Origin: Octopus vulgaris
Lineage: Eukaryota
Reading direction: 5' to 3'
DNA length: 64,000 bases
NCBI GenBank assembly: GCA_951406725.2
Contig: OX597833.1
Coordinates: 52,824,001-52,888,000, forward strand
A program made the position numbers and the translations under genes. The notes beneath the pieces are model-generated. The model did no database searches and was not told where the DNA came from. It saw nothing but the letters and a program-made list of their open reading frames with translations. Below, piece by piece: positions 55,464-64,000 of the stretch; position 1 is the stretch's first letter; each line of letters starts with the position of its first letter.

Positions 55464-57443
55464 AACAGAAACTATAGTTTGTTCACAACGTATTCATTTG
55501 TTTTGCAATGAAGCCTAATTTAATAAATGGGTGCATTTATTTTATGTTTTTTTTTTCAATTCTTCGATTAACCTTGGTTTAATCAAGTTTCGGTCTTATA
55601 TCATTCTCTATTTCATTTTTTTTTTCTCTCTGGACGTAATTATGTCTTTAAAATCAATAGATGTAGTTTTGTGAAATTATTTTATCAGTCAGGTGTAAAA
55701 AGGGCTACACCCTTGATTTTAACAGACCCTCCAAGACGGTGAGGTTTCTATCCTTGACGATCATAAAGCATGAGATAAGGTAATTTCAGAGAGAGACCTA
55801 TATGAGGGAGTACGATAAAAGATATCCTGGTATTAACCATACCTTTTTGAAGATCTAAAACTACATTTTCAAGAAGTTCATCTTATTTTGAAATGGTTGG
55901 ATGAGAGATTTCACAGAATCTGTTTGCTATTTCCTGACATCTCGAGTCACCACGCAGAGGCAACCACGTTGGCATGTATTGGTGAATATGTCTTTGTCAA
56001 TTGGTGAATATGCCTTTGACAATCAGTCATCGTGTGTTTTTTCTGGGTTTTAGCAATCCGGATTTCATAACTGGTTGACTTAATCTGCAGCCTTGTTTAA
56101 CACCACCGCCGCCGTCGTTGCCACTGCCTCCGCCGCCGCCGTCGTTGCCACTGCCTCCGCCGCCGCCGCCGCCACCACCATCATCATCAGCACCACCACC
56201 ACAATTACTACTACCACTAGTACCTTACTGGAGTTTCATTTATTGCAAGCATCTGAGTAAGGTCTCCCGCTTCAGAACATTTCCTTCCTTCTGCACAAAG
56301 ACCTTCCCTCCTCGATTTAACCGAAGAAAGCAGAAAAATAAAGGACATAGCTATATGGTTAAGAAGGACGCTTAACAACCACACTGTTTCGGGTTCAATT
56401 CTATGAAGTTCAAAGAAACTATGAAGACGCTCATTGTATATTCATGCTTGTGTGTGCGCGTATGTGAGTCTATATATATAGACGCCATGATAGATCGTTA
56501 CCCACTACACACATTTTTTTCTCTCCTTGTTTTTTCTGTGTACCTTTCTGTAGAAGAGCGTAGGCTCGAAACGTAAAAGACTTTTTCTATTCTTGAGCGC
56601 TATACTAATACATATGTTTGTTTTCTACACCACCTGTCTTCGTCTTTTGACATGGATCGCTAAGGAACTGTGTAATTGGAGGGATATTTAGTATGGGTAT
56701 TAGAAAAGGTTCCTTATACGATTCCTAAGACTATGAACTGTTTTCATGCGACTCAATAACTGGCACTCTGTCGGATACGACAACGAGTGTTGCAATTGAG
56801 CCGATCAACGGAACAATCTGCTCCTAGAATCAATATACAAGTGGCTGAGCACTCCACAAATACGCGCATCCTTGACGTAGTTCTCGGGGAGATCCAGCGT
56901 GACACGAAATGTGAGATGGTTGGCTCTTTCAATTAGAGGCACAACTGGAGCAACGTGAAGTCAATTTTCTTGCTTAATGACACAACGCGACGCCGGGAAT
57001 CGAACTCATGACCTTTCGATCGTGAGCCGAATTCACTAACCACTGAGCCACGCGTATTTACTCGATAGAGTTACAAGCAGGATTTTCTGTGAGAGATCTA
57101 TTAAATTATAATTGTGACGAACGGAGTTTGTTATTAATTGGTATTGTACTATTGTGAGTGTACTCATGTGATTAGCTATTGATAGAGTCAAACTGGTGGG
57201 TGCACATATAGTAACGAGAGTGTCTGATTGGCTAGATTTTGAGAAGTTGGTGTATAGGGAGTTCGTGAAGCATTTCATATTTCAACGATAAGATAAACAA
57301 TGTTAGGGTTCTGATGTAGGGAAATCTATTATTTATTTTAAGTCGTTTTTTATATTATTATTTATATTTATTTCCTCTTCAGATTAGAATACATGTTCAA
57401 AAATTGTGATACGAAAGTCCAAAAGTAAAAAATCAAATACCAC

Positions 57444-57478
57444 CGTCCCTGGGTGGATTCGAACCACCAACCGTTCGA

Positions 57479-57511
<33 letters not shown>

Positions 57512-57517
57512 AGAGAC
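57444..57517 (-). tRNA. tRNA-Asn-GTT: tRNA-Asn(GTT) variant (anticodon-stem G.U, variable loop CGGTT)
   Basis: 74-nt match with 2 substitutions. Confidence 0.9.
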
Positions 57518-58183
57518 AGCTGCTGGTAATGTACCTCACTAAGGTATTTAATTGTTTTGAAATTTAGCAAAGTTTAATTAGATTTCTAAAGTATGAAAGG
57601 CACAAAATCCGTTATCAGCTGGTTAGCGCGAAATGTGAGATTGTTGGTTCTTTCACTTAGAGGCACAACTCATTTCTGCCAACTGAGTGGACTGGAGCAA
57701 CGTGTAGTCAAGACTCTTACTTACTGACACTACGCGACGCCGGGAATCGAACTCATGACCTTACGATCGAGAGCCGAATTCACTAACCACTGAGCCACGC
57801 GTATTTATTCGATAGAGTTACAAGCAGGATATTCTGTGAGAGATCTATTAAACTATAATTGTGACGAACGGAGTTTGTTATTAATTGGTATTGTACTATT
57901 ATGAGTGTACTCATGTGATTTGCCGTCGATAGGGTCAAAATGGTAGGTACATATATAGTAACGAGAGTGTCTGATTGGCTAGATTTTGAGAAGTTGGTGT
58001 ATAGGGAGTTCGTGAAGCATTTCATAGTTCAATGATAAGATAAACAATGTTAGGGTACTGATGTAGGGAAATCTATTATTTATTTTAAGTCGTTTTTTAT
58101 ATTATTATTTATATATATTTCCTCTTCAGATTAGAATACATGATCAAAAATTGTGATACGAAAGGTCAAAAGTAAAATATCAC

Positions 58184-58200
58184 CGTCCCTGGGTGGATTC

Positions 58201-58241
<41 letters not shown>

Positions 58242-58257
58242 GTTGCGCCACAGAGAC
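58184..58257 (-). tRNA. tRNA-Asn-GTT: tRNA-Asn(GTT), intact (D-loop AACCGG)
   Basis: Full cloverleaf. Confidence 0.95.
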
Positions 58258-58797
58258 AGCTGCTGGTGACGTCCACCACTAAGGTATTTAATTGTTTTGA
58301 AATTTAGCAAAGTTTAATCAGATTTCTAAAGTATGAAAGGCACAAAATCCGTTATCAGCTGGTTAGCGCGTAACAGGAAAATTTCGGCAGTGATATCTAT
58401 ACTTATATTATTTTCAGTATACAGTAATCTCTCGACTATCACGGGTGTTACGTTCCAAACTCCTCCGCGATAAGTGAAAAATCTGCGAATTAGAAACAGT
58501 AATGTACTGTATTTCTTTTTTTAATAATTTGCATATATCTATTTTATCATAAATGCAAAAATAACACCACGGAGGAATCGACGTAAACTTAAATAACAAA
58601 CCGTGATATGGCGAGGGATTGCTATATTTCACGAAAATTAGTATAATGTGGACAGGCAATGATTTTTGAGTCGAACATAACGACCTCCAATATGCGCGAG
58701 AAAGTGATGTGTATGAATTATACTAGTAAAAATGAAGATATGTCTTATTCCCTGAGGTGTATAGATATTGATATAAATAAATCAAAAGGAAGTACAT

Positions 58798-58804
58798 CGT
58801 CCCT

Positions 58805-58865
<61 letters not shown>

Positions 58866-58871
58866 AGAGAC
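58798..58871 (-). tRNA. tRNA-Asn-GTT: tRNA-Asn(GTT), intact (T-loop TTCAAGC)
   Basis: Full cloverleaf. Confidence 0.96.
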
Positions 58872-59029
58872 AACTGTAACTATGGTTTGTTCACAACGTA
58901 TTTATTTGTTTTGCAATGAAGCCTAATTTAATTAGATTTTCTTATGTACGGAAGGCAGAAATTGATAAGTAACAGAAATGAGCTGGGAAAGAAGTTAAAC
59001 TAATAAATTGGTATATATGCATGAAACCA

Positions 59030-59266
59030 ATACCTATTTCTTTATTACCCACAAGGGGCTAAACATAGAGGGGACAAACAAGGACAGACAAAGGGATAAA
59101 GTCGATTACATCGACCCCAGTGCGTGACTGGTACTTAATTTATCAACCCCGAAAGGATGAAAGCCAAAGTCGACCTCGGCGGAATTTGAACTCACAACGT
59201 ACCGGCAGACGAAATACCGCAAAGCATTTCGCCCGGCGTGCTAACGTTTCTGCCAGCTCGCCGCCT
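59030..59266 (-). mobile_element. SINE family 1 full copy
   Basis: Head and tail match the other copies. Confidence 0.85.
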
Positions 59267-60028
59267 TGCTGGTCAAGATACCGTCCAGTATGGCCATGTA
59301 CTAGCGACGAAAACTAGTAAAATAGTAAAACAAGTAGCAAGAAAACCCAGTAGAGTCTACGGAAATTCCTGAAATACGTGGTTTATTTAACTCATGCAAA
59401 TATAAATGTCCTTCAGAGACCAAATCCTGCTTTCTGACCGGGTAAAAATTATTAAACTTTAAACTTTTGTATCAATAGCTAGTTTTAATTTCTTTTTTCT
59501 GGAACAAATGAATTAGATCCTGAGATTCAGCGTAAAAAATTACATCAATACACCAAATTTTGAAAACTTTCAATTAATTTTTAAAATTTCAAAAAGTGCA
59601 GCCCAGTCCTTAACTGGTTCATATTTCATTAACCCCAAAAGGATGAAAGGCAAAGTCGACCTCGGTGGAATTCGAACTCAGGACGTAAAGACGAACGAAA
59701 TGCCGCTACGCATTTTCTCCGGCACAGTTAACGTATCTGGCAGCTCACCGCCTTAATCTAGAGCAGTGTTGTTAAAGTTTATGTGCAATAAATTGCTTAT
59801 ACTTCTACAGTACACAAAATATCTTAATTTTTTTTTGTATAATTCCTAGTAATAATTAATTATAATAATATAACAGGAATTTTTAACTATCAAATGGCTA
59901 GGAAGGGTCAATCCGAGTAAAACAGAAAACAACGGGGTCCATAGGTAAAAGCAGATAGCTGAGACACACTAATTAGGATTTATGATAAACTCAAATAAGT
60001 ACCTTGTTGATAAGGGCTGTCAGCAGTT

Positions 60029-60034
60029 GTCTCT

Positions 60035-60087
<53 letters not shown>

Positions 60088-60102
60088 ACCCACCCAGGGA
60101 CG
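60029..60102 (+). tRNA. tRNA-Asn-GTT: tRNA-Asn(GTT), intact (T-loop TTCAAAC)
   Basis: Full cloverleaf; long T run 5 nt downstream. Confidence 0.96.
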
Positions 60103-60804
60103 AGGCATTTTTTTTTAATATGATCTTGCTTTACGGATCGAAAGAAACTTATACTTACCGTCTCAGTTAAATTCGCACATAACGCTTTCCTGCGAAATAT
60201 AGTCATAATGTAAGTAATTAAGAGAATTATGCTATTATTATGACGTCATAGTAATAGAAATAATTAACAATCGAACGTAAAGTCTCTTGTATATAGATTC
60301 TTTTATTCTTTTACTTGCTTCAATCATTTGACTGCGACAATACTGGAGTACCGCCTTAAAGCTTTTTTCTTTTTTTAGTCGAAGAGATCGACCCCAGGAC
60401 TTCATCTCTGTAAAAAACGTTTCCTTCTCGAACCATGCCACTCTAATGTTCTGGTTTCAGTGGGGTAGGAATTCCCCACCTGGATGGGACTCCGATCCGT
60501 TTCAAGATTACTCATTTTTGCCAGCTGAGTGGACTGGAGCAACGTGAAATGATGTGTTTTGCTCAAGAACACAACGCAACACCCGGTCCATGAATCGAAA
60601 CCACAATCTTACGATCATAGGTCCCACACCCTAACCACTAAGCCACGCGCCCGCGCCTCCGCTATTCTTTGTATATCTAGTACTTATTCTATTGGTGACT
60701 TTTGCTAAACCGTTAAGTTACGGGGACACCAACATCGATTGCCAAGCGATGGCAGGGGGACAAATATAGACGCAAAGACACACAGACACACAAATAATTA
60801 TATA

Positions 60805-61200
60805 CAAGTAGCTTGCTTATCAACCACATGGTTACGGGTTCAGTCCCATTGCGTGGTACCTTGGGTAAGTGTTTTCTGTTATAGCCTCGGGCCGACCAAT
60901 GCCTTGTGAGTGGATTTGGTAGACGGAAACTGAAAGAAGCCTGTCGTATATATGTATATGTATATATATATGCATGTGCGTGTATATGTTGGTGTGTCTG
61001 TGTTTGTCCCCCTAGCATTGCTTGACAACCGATGCTGGTGTGTTTACGTCCCCGTAACTTAGCGGTTCGGCAAAAGAGACCGATAGAATAAGTACTGGGC
61101 TTACGAAGAATAAGTCCCGGGGTCGATTTGCTCGACTAAAGGCGGTGCTCCAGCATGGCCGCAGTCAAATGACTGAAACAAGTAAAAGAGTAAAGAGTAT
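60805..61200 (+). mobile_element. SINE family 2 copy
   Basis: Body and tail match. Confidence 0.85.
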
Positions 61201-61475
61201 ACAAATTATTAAAAAAAGAAGTACAGAACAGTACTGTTTCTACTTCGCGGATTTTCACTTATCGCGGAGGTGTTTGGAACGTAACACCCGTGATAGTCGA
61301 GAGATTTATTGTATACTGAAAATTATATAAGTATAGATATCACTGCCGAAATTTTCCAGTCACGCGCTAACCAGCTGATAACGGGTTTCGTGCCTTTCAT
61401 ATTTTAGAAAGCTAATTAAACATTGCTAAATTTCAAAACAATTAAATACCTTAGTGAGAGAAGTCACCAGCAGCT

Positions 61476-61549
61476 GTCTCTGTGGCGCCACCGGTTAGCG
61501 CGTTCGGCTGTTAACCGAAAAGTTGGTGGTTCGAATCCACCCAGGGACG
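61476..61549 (+). tRNA. tRNA-Asn-GTT: tRNA-Asn(GTT) variant (invariant A14->C), no T4 terminator
   Basis: 74-nt match, GCGCCACCGG in A box. Confidence 0.82.
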
Positions 61550-61696
61550 ATCGTATTTGATATTCTAATTTAGGCCTTTCGTATCACAATTTCTGTTACT
61601 TATCAATTTCTGCCTTCCGTACATAACAAAATCTAATTAAATTAGGCTTCATTGCAAAACAAATAAATACGTTGTGAACAAAATCAGGTTTCAGTT

Positions 61697-61713
61697 GTCT
61701 CTATGGCGCAATT

Positions 61714-61763
<50 letters not shown>

Positions 61764-61770
61764 AGGGACG
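61697..61770 (+). tRNA. tRNA-Asn-GTT: tRNA-Asn(GTT) variant (G7->A acceptor mismatch)
   Basis: 74-nt match starting GTCTCTATGG. Confidence 0.88.
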
Positions 61771-62298
61771 ATGCACTTTCTTTTGATTTATTTATATCAA
61801 TATATCTATACACCTCAGGGAATAAGATATATCTTCACTTTAATAGTATAATTCTTACACATCACTTTCTTGCGCATAACGGTTCAACTCAAAAATCTTT
61901 GCCCGTCCACATTATACTAATTTTCGTGAAATATATCAATCTCTCTCCATATCACGTTTTGTTATTTAAGCTTACGTCGATTCCTCAGTGGTGTTATTTT
62001 GCATTTATGATAAAATAAATATATGCAAATTATTAAAAAAAGAAATTCAGTACAGTACTGTTTCTACTTCGCGGGTTTTCACTTATCGCGAATGTGTTTG
62101 GAACGTAACACTCGTGACAGTCGAGAGATCACTGTATACTGAAAATTATATAAGTATAGATATCACTGCCGAAATTTCCCAGTCACGCGCTAACCAGCTG
62201 ATAACGGATTTCGGGCCTCTCATACTTTAGAAAGCTAATTAAACATTGCTAAATTTCAAAACAATTAAATACCTTAGTGAGGGACGTCACCAGCAGCT

Positions 62299-62314
62299 GT
62301 CTCTGTGGCGCAAC

Positions 62315-62355
<41 letters not shown>

Positions 62356-62372
62356 GAATCCACCCAGGGACG
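62299..62372 (+). tRNA. tRNA-Asn-GTT: tRNA-Asn(GTT), intact (D-loop AACCGG)
   Basis: Full cloverleaf; T5 terminator downstream. Confidence 0.95.
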
Positions 62373-62573
62373 GTAGTATTTTTGATATTTTACTTTTGGA
62401 CTTTCGTATCACAATTTTTGAACGTATATTCTAATCTGAAGAGGAAATATATATAATTAATAATATAAAAAAACGACTTAAAATAAATAATAGATTTCCC
62501 TACATCAGTACCCTAACATTGTTTATCGTATCATTGAACTCTGAAATTATATATAGATACACGCACACATACA

Positions 62574-62624
<51 letters not shown>

Positions 62625-62726
62625 GACTGAATGGTTTTCATAAACACAGCTACCTTGTACATTAAAAGATAATAATCAATGCTATTACTTTGATCAAATT
62701 TAAATATATTTTTTTAAGTAGTTTAT

Positions 62727-62893
62727 TATAGGCGCAGGATTGGTTGTGTGGTAAGTAGCTTGCTTACCAACCACATGATTCCGGGTTCATTCCCATTGCG
62801 TGGCACCTTGGGCAAGTGTCTTCTACTATAGCCTCGGGCCGACCAAAGTCTTGTGAGTGGATTTTGTAGACAGAAACTGAAAGAAGCCTATCG

Positions 62894-62944
<51 letters not shown>

Positions 62945-63118
62945 GTGTGTGTATGTCCCCAACATCGCTTGACAAGCAATTGTGGTATGTTTACGTCCCT
63001 GTAACTTAGCGGTTCCGCTTACAAGGCTTACAAACAATAAGTCCTGGGGTAGATTTGCTCGACTAAAGGTGGTGCTTCAGCATAGCTGCAGTCAAATGAC
63101 TGAAACAAGTAAAAGAGT
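62727..63118 (+). mobile_element. SINE family 2 copy
   Basis: Head ataggcgcagga and tail match. Confidence 0.85.
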
Positions 63119-63640
63119 GTAATACAGCTTTTCGTCCATCTTTACCTTCTGAGTCCGAATGCCACCGGGGTCGACTTTACCCTTCATCCTTTCGAGGTCG
63201 ATAAAATTAGTACCAGTTAAACACTGGGGTTGATGAAATCGTCTAGCCCTCTACTCCACCGAAACTGCTGGCCTCCCGCCAAAACCCCAGAAAATCAATT
63301 TACCTCAAAACACACAATACTCCCTGCATCTTATAATACCTAATATTTTGTCATCCTAGTTTTTGGAAATGTACTTAAAACATAAGAGTCGTAGTTGATA
63401 TGAATATTTTCTTTCAAAGAAAGATCACGACACCTTTAAATACCAGCGCCCCCTATAGCACCTCCTTGATATTTATCACTTACTTGTGATCTCACAACGA
63501 CCCCTCCTGGTACGCTAGACACTCAGATTTAAGAAAACCTGGTATAAAATATCCTATAATATACCCTATTACAGTTGTTTGATTATTTAATGATTCAGAA
63601 ATTGTTTTAACATAAGAAAATGAGCTGGAATATATAAGAT

Positions 63641-64000
63641 ACTAGCAGTATCGCCCGGCGTTGCTCGGGTTTGTAAGGGAAATAACTATATAAGCATGTT
63701 TAGAGAGTTATAGCCAAAAAATAGCAAAAAAAAAATGCATTAAAAATGGAAAAAAAATAATGGTAAATTTTTTTTTAAATCATTGACTCATCGTAGACAT
63801 TTTTAGAGAGTTACTTCCCTTATATAATAGCGAAAAAATGCATTAAAATGGAAAAAAATGATGGTAAATTATTTTTAAAATCGTAGACTCATCGTAGACG
63901 CGCGCTAATACCCAGAAGGGCTCGATATGAATCACGACTATAAGATACCCGCTTTTGGTTAAACTGCACCGCAAAATGTGGGAGTAGTTAGGAATCTAAA
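63641..64000 (-). mobile_element. Non-autonomous Helitron 3' end (runs off the window)
   Basis: actagcagtatcgcccggcgttgctcgggtttgtaagggaaataactata is the reverse complement of the 27800-27845 end. Confidence 0.8.

Larger units (their letters stand above)
53587..57517. repeat. Tandem ~2-kb segmental duplication, each unit ending in a minus-strand tRNA-Asn
   Basis: 53587-55463 is colinear with 55558-57517; partial third unit 57630-58257. Confidence 0.9.
58026..62540. repeat. ~950-bp inverted duplication (58026-58979 vs 61589-62540) carrying two tRNA-Asn each
   Basis: Flanks and spacer are reverse complements. Confidence 0.9.

Noticed and set aside
54988-58025. Three similar 80-aa ORFs (MKCFTNSLYTNF...)
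   Set aside because: Lie in the duplicated tRNA 3' flank and end inside a SINE head; similarity is explained by recent duplication
52533-62434. Recurrent ORFs SLGGLEPPTFRLTAERAN / SLWRNRLARSAVNRKVGGS
   Set aside because: Translations of the tRNA-Asn genes

Overview
Eukaryotic, AT-rich, extremely microsatellite-dense genomic DNA. The repeat complement (tRNA-headed SINEs, CR1-type LINE debris, Penelope fragments) suggests an octopus/coleoid cephalopod, but that is inference. No intact protein-coding gene is supportable; nearly all ORFs in the track are translated microsatellites. Real content: (1) 13 full-length tRNA-Asn(GTT) copies, one at 24.4 kb and 12 in a 52.0-62.4 kb cluster built by tandem and inverted duplications with mosaic flanks, plus one decayed copy; (2) many SINEs, CR1-type RT fragments, non-autonomous Helitrons and MITEs; (3) a 5'-truncated Penelope-like element plus several ~200-bp solo terminal units, most carrying a minimal hammerhead ribozyme motif and sitting in or next to (TA)n; (4) two structural-RNA fragments fused to retroelement ends (internally deleted U6 joined to a SINE; a 28S rRNA piece joined to a LINE 3' tail); (5) a TIR element with a 15-bp target duplication and internal (TTAGGG)n. 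Repeat boundaries are approximate (about 10-20 bp); tRNA coordinates are exact counts.
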